The notes below the pieces were generated by a model, which saw only the letters and a program-made list of their open reading frames with translations, was not told where the DNA came from and made no database searches. Shown here piece after piece: positions 1-8,991 of a DNA stretch of 64,000 nt; the first letter of the stretch is position 1; each line of letters starts with the position of its first letter. The position numbers and the translations under genes were made by a program. Location of the stretch: contig JBHLMN010000010.1 of the NCBI GenBank assembly GCA_048938105.1, forward strand, positions 32,001-96,000. Reading direction: 5' to 3'. Source of the DNA: Promethearchaeota archaeon. GTDB lineage: Archaea; Asgardarchaeota; Heimdallarchaeia; Hodarchaeales; Hodarchaeaceae.

Positions 1-314
1 TCGATGAAAAAGTAACATTACTCTCCTCAATTAATTTTGGTGAAAATGCGTTTACAAATAACCGTGAGGCTGGTTTTGTAATCCAGAGTGCAACAGTAGC
101 AGATTATTATGGATTAATTTTCCAAGCTGATTGGATTGATGGCGAAATCCCTCCATATTCCATTTATACAAAAGCATCCACGACAGAAGAACCGTCTAGC
201 ACATCAGAAAAATCATCTAGCACATCTACTGGTTTGTTTGAAACACCATTTTCATTGAGTGCAATGTTGATTGTAATAGGTTTTCTCCCAATTATTAGGA
301 GGAGATTAAAGTAA
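1..314 (+). CDS. Phospholipase D-superfamily protein, 3' part (5'-truncated by window), with Ser/Thr linker and C-terminal membrane anchor
   Basis: Frame 3 reads DEKVTLLSSINFGENAFTNNREAG (PLD 'D..x.GS.N......N.E' region), then STTEEPSSTSEKSSSTST, a hydrophobic stretch and RRRLK-stop (TAA 312-314). Confidence 0.75.
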   Translation, partial: DEKVTLLSSINFGENAFTNNREAGFVIQSATVADYYGLIFQADWIDGEIPPYSIYTKASTTEEPSSTSEKSSSTSTGLFETPFSLSAMLIVIGFLPIIRRRLK

Positions 315-361
315 AAAGGATTAAATTCCGAATCCCGACGTGGGATGAAGGCCGCAAGTTC

Positions 362-550
362 ATGAAAGAAATAGCAAAGGAATTAAACACGGAACTTGAG
401 ATCCGAGACGCTAGACAAGTTATCATTACTGATAGGATTGAAATTCACTTCCATCCTGATGATCGGGGATTTTCATTTATCACATGTAAACTCTATGATG
501 AGTCGGTCAAACCTATACTTGAGAAATACAAAACACATTACAGTAAGTGA
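362..550 (+). CDS. Small hypothetical protein
   Basis: 62-aa ORF with protein-like composition directly after the PLD gene; frame is open further upstream to ~299, so the start is uncertain. Confidence 0.5.
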   Translation: MKEIAKELNTELEIRDARQVIITDRIEIHFHPDDRGFSFITCKLYDESVKPILEKYKTHYSK

Positions 551-718
551 TTATAACAGGTTTATCAATGAAATAATATGAAAACCCACGATTTTCCCCC
601 CCACAACAGATGATATCATTATTACTTCTGTTTTATTCAATGAAACTTATATTTTTATCTTTATTCCTCCTATTTAATAAAGGTATTTAGATAAAGAAAG
701 GAAATTCACTGTGTTCTT

Positions 719-740
719 TCGACAAAAATATTTATGTCGA
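719..740. promoter_or_regulatory. Near-perfect 22-bp palindrome overlapping a TATA-like box upstream of the histone gene
   Basis: TCGACAAAAATATTTATGTCGA, one mismatch. Confidence 0.3.
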
Positions 741-950
741 TATTTTGTAATGAGTGACAATCCCATGGGTTGATGAGAAGACATGCTCTCAGAGCTATTA
801 TGACATATGCGCTAGCCAACATCTCGGGCATTGGAGAGACGATAAAAAGAAATATTTATAAAGAAGAGAAATTGCAGGTCACTTGTTCTGCTAAACTTTT
901 GAAGATAAGCAGGACGCTCACATAACACAGGAGAAAAGGTGAACCCCACA

Positions 951-1154
951 ATGGCTGGTTTTGCTAGCGCACGAATCGAGAAAATAATCCGAAATGCTGG
1001 AGCACGACGTGTCTCTGCTGACGCTATTGACCGACTCAACGAGATTGTAACTGACTACGGCACCAACATCGCCAAATACGCCGTTGAGATTGCTCGTCAC
1101 TCTGGCAGGAAAACCGTTAAAGAATCTGACATTAAATTGGCAGCTACCAAGTAA
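951..1154 (+). CDS. Archaeal histone (HMf/HMt family)
   Basis: ARIEKIIRNAGARRVSADA...AVEIARHSGRKTVKESDIKLA histone-fold signature (RV S, RKTV..D); AGGAG upstream; ATG 951 preferred over GTG 939. Confidence 0.97.
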   Translation: MAGFASARIEKIIRNAGARRVSADAIDRLNEIVTDYGTNIAKYAVEIARHSGRKTVKESDIKLAATK

Positions 1155-1175
1155 GCTCCCTTTCAGTGTCAAAAT

Positions 1176-1200
1176 TCTCTTTTTTTTTCTTTTTTTTATT
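1176..1200 (+). terminator. Oligo-T archaeal terminator after histone gene
   Basis: tctctttttttttcttttttttatt just downstream of stop. Confidence 0.6.
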
Positions 1201-1225
1201 CTTTAGACTTCTTTTTTTGAATGCA

Positions 1226-1534
1226 TTGACCCAATTACAACTAGTATTGCTCCTTCATAAAGACCCTAACGATTTTTCTTCCCCCTACGATTATTACTAT
1301 ACCCGAGACCATTATTCCAGACAAAATCAATAGATTACTATAATCTCTATGATGTTTGGGGTTGTAGTGATCCTTTTTGATGTCATTTCGCTTATCTTAG
1401 GTCTTTACCTCCTAACCGCTATCTTATCAGTATTTTCTTTTGGGGGTACGATTCTTATTATCCTCGGTATTATTGACTTGATATTAAGAAAGACTGACTC
1501 AAGACGTGATCCATCACCACATGAAACATCCTAA
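1226..1534 (+). pseudogene. Possible small two-TM membrane protein interrupted by an in-frame TAG (1331-1333), or a 61-aa ORF from 1349
   Basis: Frame open from TTG 1226 to TAG 1331, then continues ITIISMMFGVVVILFD...GIIDLILRK (two hydrophobic segments). Confidence 0.3.
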
Positions 1535-1739
1535 GCTCAGAGTCATTATTAAGCCATTTTGAGAATTTAGTTATAATAGATATTTATTTGGTCGCTTTAA
1601 ATTTTAAAATTTACGAATATTGAAATTAATTACGTGAATTGGCATTAATTATCCTATAAGAAGGAAGTAAAGTGTCAACAGCTTCCGGAAAAAATGTATT
1701 TAATACAAACATAAACAGCATTAAATGAGTTTAAAACTC

Positions 1740-1767
1740 CCTAAATTCTCACCAAAAGGAATTTAGG
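1740..1767. promoter_or_regulatory. Perfect 9-bp inverted repeat in the leader of the thermosome operon
   Basis: CCTAAATTC-N10-GAATTTAGG, ~60 bp upstream of the ATG. Confidence 0.35.
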
Positions 1768-1828
1768 CGATAGCGATACAGCATTAAAAACAGTCTGTTA
1801 CAATAAAATATTAACGAGGTTTGATACC

Positions 1829-3478
1829 ATGCAATTAGGTGGACAACCAGTAATTGTACTCAAAGAAGGAACAGAGCGCTCACGCGGCCGAGACGCTCTA
1901 CGAAACAATATACAGGCCGCAATAGCTGTCGCAGATTCAGTACGCAGTGCGTTAGGCCCCCGAGGGCTTGATAAACTATTAGTAGATTCACTAGGTGATG
2001 TCGTAATTACGAATGATGGCGCTACTATTTTAGACGAAATTGATGTCCAGCATCCTGCAGCCAAACTTCTTGTTCAAGTTGCTAAAACACAGGATCAGGA
2101 AGTCGGCGATGGAACGACTACATCAGTTATTGTCGCTGGTGAATTACTGAAGCGAGCTGAAAAACTGCTTGATCGGAAAATCCATCCAACAGTGATAATT
2201 TCTGGCTTTAAGCTAGCCTCTGACAAATGTACTGAGATCTTACAATCTATTGCTAACAAAATTGATCCAAATAATGAAACCCATCTTCAAAACGTTGCCA
2301 AAACTTCCCTCAACTCTAAGGCTACAGGAGGGGCAAAAGATCTACTGGCAGAAATAGCTGTTAAAGCTACCAAAGCCGTTATGGAAGAGGGGAAAGTAGA
2401 TATTGATATGATCTCCCTTATTCAGAAACAGGGTAAAGGACTTCATGACTCTGAACTTGTTCAAGGAATTGTTATTGACAAAGAAGTTGTCAATAATAGA
2501 ATGCCTTCCTCTGTAAAAGCAGCTAAGATAGCTTTGATAGATCTAGCACTGGAGATTAAAAAAACCGAATTTGACGCAAAAATCCGTATTACTGACGCTT
2601 CTATGATGGATGCGTTTCTAGATCAGGAACAAAATATGATCAAAGGAATGGTCGATAAAATCCATGAATCAGGAGCAAATGTAGTTCTTTGTCAGAAAGG
2701 AATTGATGATTTAGCTCAACATTTTCTTGCTAAAGAAGGAATTTTAGCCGTTCGACGAGTTAAAAAATCTGATATAGAAAAGTTATCCAAGGCCACAGGT
2801 GCACGTATTGTTACCAACATCAAGGATTTAACAGCAGATGACTTAGGAAACGCAGGATTCGTTGAAGAAGTTCAGATTGGTGATGAAAAACTTATTTACA
2901 TCAAAGAATGTGCCAATCCTAAAAGTGTTTCTATCGTTCTTCGCGGTGGAACTAAATATATAACTGACGAAGGAGAACGGGCTTTACATGATGCCCTTTG
3001 CGTTGTTCGCGATGTATTAGAGGATGGTTGGGCTGTTGCAGGCGCAGGTAGTCCTGAAATTGAATTACACAAAGGTCTCAAAGAATACGCTGGAACAATT
3101 AAGGGACGTGAACAAATGGCAGTGGATGCCTTTGCTGACGCGGTAGAAATTATTCCAAGAACACTCGCCGAAAATGCTGGACTAGATTCAATTGATGTAT
3201 TAGTTGAGCTCAGAGCTGCTCATGAAAAAGGGAATACTAGCATTGGCATTAATGTGGATACAGGAAAGAATGTTGATGCCTTTGAAGCAGGAATCATTGA
3301 GCCTCTTCGCGTTAAACGTCAAGCACTTAGATCTGCAAGGGAAGCAGCAGAACTAATTCTTAGAATCGACGATGTCATTGCTAGTAAAAGCTTAGGTGAA
3401 GGCCCAGGTGGAATGCCCCCAGGTGGAATGCCCCCAGGTGGAATGGGTGGTATGGGTGGTTATCCCCCAATGATGTAG
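1829..3478 (+). CDS. thsA: Thermosome (group II chaperonin) subunit 1
   Basis: [23 protein letters not shown] motifs; GGM-rich tail. Confidence 0.98.
   Translation: MQLGGQPVIVLKEGTERSRGRDALRNNIQAAIAVADSVRSALGPRGLDKLLVDSLGDVVITNDGATILDEIDVQHPAAKLLVQVAKTQDQEVGDGTTTSVIVAGELLKRAEKLLDRKIHPTVIISGFKLASDKCTEILQSIANKIDPNNETHLQNVAKTSLNSKATGGAKDLLAEIAVKATKAVMEEGKVDIDMISLIQKQGKGLHDSELVQGIVIDKEVVNNRMPSSVKAAKIALIDLALEIKKTEFDAKIRITDASMMDAFLDQEQNMIKGMVDKIHESGANVVLCQKGIDDLAQHFLAKEGILAVRRVKKSDIEKLSKATGARIVTNIKDLTADDLGNAGFVEEVQIGDEKLIYIKECANPKSVSIVLRGGTKYITDEGERALHDALCVVRDVLEDGWAVAGAGSPEIELHKGLKEYAGTIKGREQMAVDAFADAVEIIPRTLAENAGLDSIDVLVELRAAHEKGNTSIGINVDTGKNVDAFEAGIIEPLRVKRQALRSAREAAELILRIDDVIASKSLGEGPGGMPPGGMPPGGMGGMGGYPPMM
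3403..3460 (+). repeat. Coding 15-bp tandem repeat (PGGMP x~3) in chaperonin tail
   Basis: cccaggtggaatgcc repeated, followed by ggtggtatgggtggt. Confidence 0.8.
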
Positions 3479-3490
3479 GAGGAAATCAAA

Positions 3491-5119
3491 ATGACACTAC
3501 AAGGTACTCCAGTATTAATTTTAAAAGAAGATACATCAAGAACTACCGGAAAAGATGCAACTAGCAGCAATATCGCAGCTGCTCGTGTAATATCTGAAGC
3601 AATTCGATCAGCCCTCGGTCCTAAGGGACGTGATAAGATGTTAGTGGATAATTTCGGAGATGTTGTGATCACTAACGATGGAGCGACGATTTTAAAAGAG
3701 ATAGATATCGCTCACCCTATTGGTAAGATGATGGTAGAGCTTTCTAAGATTCAGGATCAAGAAGTCGGCGATGGAACCACTACTGTGGTCATTATAGCTG
3801 GAGAATTACTCCAACATGCAGCAGAACTAATTTCCAGTGATAAAATTCATCCTACAATTCTTGTTGAAGGTTATCGAGTGGCTACTGCAAAAGCTACTGA
3901 ATACCTAAAAGAAATTGCAATAGATGTTCCTGCTGAAGACGATGCTCTACTTGTTAAACTTGTCAATACTACTATGGGATCTAAAATTGTCTCACGTTCT
4001 AGCGATTTATTAGCTAGAATTGTAATAGATGCCGTTAAAAGCGTCGATCCTGGCACAGGTAAGATTGATATCGATGATATTAAAATTGAAAAGAAAGAAG
4101 GCGAGGATATTGAATCTACAATTCTCATAAAAGGTATCGTCTTAGACAAAGAAGTAGTTCATGCAGGAATGCCAAAGAGGTTGAAAAATCCCAAGATAGC
4201 ATTAATTGCAGAAGCTTTTGAAGTTTCCAAGACGGAATTTGATTCTGAACTCAGCATTACAGATCCTTCCAAGATCCAAGAATTCTTAGATCGAGAAGCA
4301 GGTATGTTGCAAAAGATGGTAGATAAGATCGCGGAGTCTGGTGCTAATGTTGTAATTGCCCAAAAAGGTATTGACGATATTGCCCAGCATCTTTTAGCTA
4401 AACAGAATATCATGGCTATTCGCCGCGTTAAGAAGTCAGATATGGAAAAATTAGCAAAAGCTACGGGCTCTAAAATCGTGAGTAATATTTCTGACCTTTC
4501 GGTAGACGATCTCGGAACAGCAGGAAAAGTATATGAAACCAAAGTCGGAGACGACGATATGGTCTTTGTAGAAGACTGTCCTCTAGCAAAGTCTGTTACG
4601 ATATTGATTCGTGGTGGAACAGAACTCGTTGTAGATGAAGCTGAACGGTCTATTCATGATGCAATCTGTGTGATCCGTAATGTTTTAGAGGACAAAAAAA
4701 TTGTGCCTGGTGGTGGTGCACCAGAGGCTTATGTTAGCCGAAAGCTTCACAAGTTCTCTGAATCATTAATAGGCCGAGAACAGCTTGCTGTTCAAGCTTT
4801 TGCGAATGCCTTAGAGGTTGTTCCCCGAACTCTCGCTGAAAATGCAGGATTAGATCCAATTGATATCATTGTAGCTCTTCGCTCTGAGCATGAAAGTGGG
4901 AATAATAAGGCTGGAATTGATGTCTTCCAAGGTAAAGTTCGTAATATGACTGATGTAATTGAACCTCTCAGAGTGAAAACTCATGCCATTACAGCAGCAA
5001 GCGAAAATGCTCAGATGATCTTACGAATCGACGATATCATCGCAGCAAAAGCATCTGAAGGCCCAGGTGGACCACCAGGAGGACCAGGTGGCGACATGGG
5101 CGGCGAAGATTTCGATTAG
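3491..5119 (+). CDS. thsB: Thermosome (group II chaperonin) subunit 2
   Basis: [29 protein letters not shown] motifs; GGAGG RBS; tandem with first subunit. Confidence 0.98.
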   Translation: MTLQGTPVLILKEDTSRTTGKDATSSNIAAARVISEAIRSALGPKGRDKMLVDNFGDVVITNDGATILKEIDIAHPIGKMMVELSKIQDQEVGDGTTTVVIIAGELLQHAAELISSDKIHPTILVEGYRVATAKATEYLKEIAIDVPAEDDALLVKLVNTTMGSKIVSRSSDLLARIVIDAVKSVDPGTGKIDIDDIKIEKKEGEDIESTILIKGIVLDKEVVHAGMPKRLKNPKIALIAEAFEVSKTEFDSELSITDPSKIQEFLDREAGMLQKMVDKIAESGANVVIAQKGIDDIAQHLLAKQNIMAIRRVKKSDMEKLAKATGSKIVSNISDLSVDDLGTAGKVYETKVGDDDMVFVEDCPLAKSVTILIRGGTELVVDEAERSIHDAICVIRNVLEDKKIVPGGGAPEAYVSRKLHKFSESLIGREQLAVQAFANALEVVPRTLAENAGLDPIDIIVALRSEHESGNNKAGIDVFQGKVRNMTDVIEPLRVKTHAITAASENAQMILRIDDIIAAKASEGPGGPPGGPGGDMGGEDFD

Positions 5120-5128
5120 ATTTCCCAT

Positions 5129-5155
5129 TCCTTTTTTCTTCTTTTCCTTTTTTTT
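5129..5155 (+). terminator. Oligo-T terminator after thermosome operon
   Basis: T-rich run immediately after stop. Confidence 0.55.
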
Positions 5156-5354
5156 AACAAAAATCTATTTTCATATAGTCTAGTATGTTCAATTTTTCTA
5201 ATTTCAATTTTTTTGCTCTTTTCCTTCCAATAAAAACAATTTACAACCCGAGGCGAAAAAATTCATATATCTCAGTTAAAACCGTCGCATCCTGTCAGTA
5301 GAGCATTTTCTGCATACTTCGTTTTTCTGTATTAATAATCGAGCTGTTTATCTC

Positions 5355-5687
5355 TTGTCACGCGGCAATATTGATCAAAAAGTTCTCATTGGGCCTAAAA
5401 TGCTCACTAGATTTGAGTATGCCCGAATTTTAGGAGCACGAGCACTCCAGATTTCTATGGGAGCGCCAGTCCTTGTTGAATCAGATGATCCTTCTAATGT
5501 TGAAGCCCTTCAAAGAGATGAACAAGAACAAGGTGATCCTCTTTTAATCTCTGAGAGAGAGATTAAACAGGGTCTTCTTCCTATCTTAATTAGAAGAACT
5601 CTCCCCGATGGAAAATTTCAAGATATTCCTCTTCCATACCTTTTAAAAGAAGCTGGTAGAAAACATGGGGATTTTCTTACTAAATAG
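5355..5687 (+). CDS. rpoK: DNA-directed RNA polymerase subunit K/Rpo6
   Basis: [22 protein letters not shown] and [12 protein letters not shown] are Rpo6/RPB6 signatures. Confidence 0.96.
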   Translation: MSRGNIDQKVLIGPKMLTRFEYARILGARALQISMGAPVLVESDDPSNVEALQRDEQEQGDPLLISEREIKQGLLPILIRRTLPDGKFQDIPLPYLLKEAGRKHGDFLTK

Positions 5688-5832
5688 TTTGATTTCTCAA
5701 AATTATCTTGATATAACCGATAGTAAACTATTTCTATCAATTTATATCATTTAAATCCAAATTAGAAATAGACTAGTTTCTTGATTCTTCCTTGAAATAA
5801 AAGCTTTTTATTAAGAGTTTTTCCAAGCAGAA

Positions 5833-6525
5833 ATGGAGGTTAAGGATATTTCTGAGCAAGACAAACATAAGGCACGATATAAGGCACTAGGTAAAAAGCT
5901 AAAAAAAATCCAAGATGATACAACTCAAGATGTGCAAGAACAGCTTGTAAAAGGAGTAGAATCAATCTCTTCAGCAAAGTACCTTCCTGAAGACCTCGCG
6001 ACTTATCTTCTAAGTTTAAAACGAGAGATTAAATTACCTGTTTCTGTCCTTCCGTCTTCCCTCTTCAAACGACCAGTATTTTTAGGACGTGAGGAATTTT
6101 TCCATCGTCTTGCATCAGAATTAATTTCTTTTGGCATTGCTTATCAGAGAGTCTATCTTTTACCCATTAAATTAAGTCACCTGGCAACACTCTTTCATAA
6201 ACACCGTCCCTGGTGGAAATGTGACGTTCAGGACATTGAGAAAGCTTTAGATATACTAATTAAAAATAAAATCATCCAAAACACTCCTGATGGTGTTTTA
6301 TTTGAACCATTATCGTTATCCTCGGATGTCAAGGATTTTTTATCTTTTATAAATGGAGGTATCAATGAGTTTGGAGAAATATCATTAGTTTCTATTCAGA
6401 AACTAGTACCTTGGAATAGAACAAAGATAGATGTAATGCTTGATCTATTGTATTCTAATGGAATTTGTAAGATAAATCGAAAGAAAGAACTAGTGTTTTT
6501 TCCAGAGCTTAAAACAGGTTCGTGA
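5833..6525 (+). CDS. ESCRT-II Vps22/Vps36-like (EAP30 domain) protein
   Basis: Colinear resemblance to Vps22/SNF8: RYKALGKKL; LGREEFFHRLASELI; DVQDIEKALDIL; PLSLSSDVKDFL; GEISLVSIQKLVPWNRTKIDVMLDLLYSNGIC; FFPEL. Confidence 0.75.
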   Translation: MEVKDISEQDKHKARYKALGKKLKKIQDDTTQDVQEQLVKGVESISSAKYLPEDLATYLLSLKREIKLPVSVLPSSLFKRPVFLGREEFFHRLASELISFGIAYQRVYLLPIKLSHLATLFHKHRPWWKCDVQDIEKALDILIKNKIIQNTPDGVLFEPLSLSSDVKDFLSFINGGINEFGEISLVSIQKLVPWNRTKIDVMLDLLYSNGICKINRKKELVFFPELKTGS

Positions 6526-6529
6526 TTAA

Positions 6530-6850
6530 ATGATTCTCTTTCCATCACCTGAAATAACTGATTTCTTCGATAATCGACTTCTTATTTCTTGGAAAATTAC
6601 ACAACCCCCGCATCTTCCATCTCTGAAAAACCTTTCGATCCAAATTTCAAGTAGTCCACCACTAATTTTTGATCCTCTTCAGGATCCCCAACTAGAAATA
6701 GATGAAGTTAATAATAATGAATTAATTGTTAATTGGGTGATCCAAAGGCCATTAATAAAAACAGAAGTCACCCTTTCCATCCAAAGTAGGATAATTTCTG
6801 AAGAACATAATCTTATCATCAATCCAGAGACTTACACTCAAACAGAATAA
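6530..6850 (+). CDS. Hypothetical protein, predicted beta-rich
   Basis: 106-aa ORF 4 nt after the EAP30-like gene; alternating hydrophobic pattern. Confidence 0.65.
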   Translation: MILFPSPEITDFFDNRLLISWKITQPPHLPSLKNLSIQISSSPPLIFDPLQDPQLEIDEVNNNELIVNWVIQRPLIKTEVTLSIQSRIISEEHNLIINPETYTQTE

Positions 6851-6963
6851 ATACAGAGGAAACTTCTGGCAAAGTGTTAAAAAATCAAACAATGAACCTC
6901 ATGTCAAGAGTTATTGGTCTTCTACGTCCTCTAGAAAGATTATCATAAAGGATATTGAGTAAC

Positions 6964-7179
6964 ATGGGAAAAGTTCGGACCTCTGCAGTTAAGATCATCT
7001 CCCGTCAGATCATTAAAGAATATGGCGAACATTTATCACCTGATTCCTTCGAACACAATAAAGATATTGTATCTAAAGTTGCTGTTGTTAACTCGAAACG
7101 ATTTAGAAATAAGATAGCAGGATATGTAACCCATCAGATGAAGCTACAGAAACTAAGAGAAGAGTCATACGAAGATTGA
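6964..7179 (+). CDS. rps17e: 30S ribosomal protein S17e
   Basis: MGKVRT..VK, FEHNK, SKRFRNKIAGYVT signature. Confidence 0.96.
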   Translation: MGKVRTSAVKIISRQIIKEYGEHLSPDSFEHNKDIVSKVAVVNSKRFRNKIAGYVTHQMKLQKLREESYED

Positions 7180-7284
7180 ATAAACTATTTTGAAGCCTTT
7201 TTTCATAGTAGAGTAAGTTTTATTGCTAGTGATTGGATAAAGTCTTAAAGAAACTAGAATTGTTTAATTCGGATTTGGAAAAAT

Positions 7285-8016
7285 ATGAGTACGATCAAAT
7301 CCGGTATTCCAGGATTAGATACTCTCTTTGAAGCTAATGAATTTCCAAAAGGTCGACAAATCCTCGTCACAGGCCCTCCTGGCTCTGGAAAGACTGTCTT
7401 TGGACTCCAATTTTTGCTGAATGGGGCTTTACATTACGAAGAACCAGGTGTCTTTGTCAGTTTTGATGATTTACCTCGACATATCCGTGCTGATATGTAT
7501 TCATTTGGGTGGAATATCCAACAACTTGAAGAAGAGTTTAATCCTCCTTTAATTACTCTAGTTGATGGTTTTTCCGCGAGAGTTGGATTGACTACTGATG
7601 AAAAATACATTATTCGAGCTAATGTAGACAGCTTACTTTTGGTTTTGACCGAGATATTAGATGAAACTGGTTCCACACGGGTTTGCATTGATTCTTTATC
7701 CACGCTTTCAACAATTATCAAAGATCCTGTTCAAGTTCGCAAAGAAATTTTAACAATGGGAGCTATCTTAGGAGAACAAGGATGTACCACCCTATTGACA
7801 GCTGAAACTCTAGCCATGGGGGTTGAGGAATATTCATCTCAAGGTCTTATCCGCCTGAGCTATGATGAGCTTTCAACTGGAGAATTCCGTCGAGCTATCC
7901 TTGTCCAAAAGATGCGTGGATTTGCCCATGAGTTCTCTTGGAAGGAGTTTCGTATCACTGAAAATGGAATTAAGATTTTTCCAGACAGAACTATAGGACG
8001 TGGGCAGTTCAAGTGA
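7285..8016 (+). CDS. KaiC/RAD55-family single-domain RecA-like ATPase
   Basis: SGIPGLD, Walker A GPPGSGKT, IDSLS, QKMRG. Confidence 0.92.
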   Translation: MSTIKSGIPGLDTLFEANEFPKGRQILVTGPPGSGKTVFGLQFLLNGALHYEEPGVFVSFDDLPRHIRADMYSFGWNIQQLEEEFNPPLITLVDGFSARVGLTTDEKYIIRANVDSLLLVLTEILDETGSTRVCIDSLSTLSTIIKDPVQVRKEILTMGAILGEQGCTTLLTAETLAMGVEEYSSQGLIRLSYDELSTGEFRRAILVQKMRGFAHEFSWKEFRITENGIKIFPDRTIGRGQFK

Positions 8017-8192
8017 CAAATGATCTTCCCCCTGGAGTATTAGTTCAAATTAAACAGATTAAAGAACGCTGCGGAAAGTGTAACCAACCATTCACCATGG
8101 AAACTTATCTTGAACCCCTGACTGAACAACGTTCCTATCGTGTCCTATGTAAAACCTGTAACTATACTGTTCCATTAGTTGATGAACAATGA
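8013..8192 (+). CDS. Zinc-ribbon microprotein (59 aa; not in ORF track)
   Basis: GTG 8013: MTNDLPPGVLVQIKQIKERCGKCNQPFTMETYLEPLTEQRSYRVLCKTCNYTVPLVDEQ; two CxxC; 4-nt overlaps (GTGA, ATGA) with both neighbours. Confidence 0.8.
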   Translation: MTNDLPPGVLVQIKQIKERCGKCNQPFTMETYLEPLTEQRSYRVLCKTCNYTVPLVDEQ

Positions 8193-8803
8193 AAGAAATT
8201 TCATTGGCAGAGAAGCGATTTATTTGCCAACAAAGTGGACATTGTTGTTGTGACCCAAACATCATTGTTACATTAACTTTTCGTGACATTTTACGACTTT
8301 TCATTGCTTTATACCGTGATTTCAGATTATTACTCCAAAAAATCACTTTTTATACTTTAGATTCAATAACTTCCCCTCTTATTGAAAAACAAATGGTACT
8401 AAAGACCATTCAAACTAGTGATGGGAAAATTATTCCTGGTTTGAAAAAACACTCGCAAAAAGTATGTGTATTTTTTATCCCCCCGAATTGTTCAATCTAT
8501 TCTTTTAGGCCACTAGCTTGTAGAAATTATCCACTGGCCTTTGTAAAAGAGAATGAACTTATTGTGTCCACATGGGCAAAAAATTCGGAAAAAACATGCC
8601 CTGGTATAGGGAAAGGTTCCCCTCTGTCTCTAAAGAATATAGAACAGAGAGGAAAACAATTTTTCGAAGAGATTGAAAAACATAATCAAGTAGTAAAGGA
8701 ATTGAATATAGAAGCATTAAATAAGCATCCCTTAACTGCTAGAGAAGCTTTATGGACTTTAATAATATATGGAGAAAATGAATTTCAGCAAAAACAAAAA
8801 TAA
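8189..8803 (+). CDS. YkgJ-family (CxxCxxCC) Fe-S/Zn cluster protein
   Basis: FICQQSGHCCC...CVFF....CSIYSFRPLACRNYP...CPGIG. Confidence 0.9.
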   Translation: MKEISLAEKRFICQQSGHCCCDPNIIVTLTFRDILRLFIALYRDFRLLLQKITFYTLDSITSPLIEKQMVLKTIQTSDGKIIPGLKKHSQKVCVFFIPPNCSIYSFRPLACRNYPLAFVKENELIVSTWAKNSEKTCPGIGKGSPLSLKNIEQRGKQFFEEIEKHNQVVKELNIEALNKHPLTAREALWTLIIYGENEFQQKQK

Positions 8804-8991
8804 GTTCCTTTTCTGTGGTTATTTTTATATTTCTTAATTCAATTATTTTTTCTGTCTGTTTATTATATGAAACATATTACGTTATATTATGTATCTTAAG
8901 AAAAAATTTAGAATTTGGTTTTATAGAAAACTTTTGGGATGTTAATTAATGTGCTTAAACCCAAATCCGTTATTGTGAGTTGAAATAGTAA

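Noticed and set aside
3403-3460. CRISPR-like or mobile repeat
   Set aside because: In-frame coding repeat of the normal Gly-Gly-Met chaperonin tail
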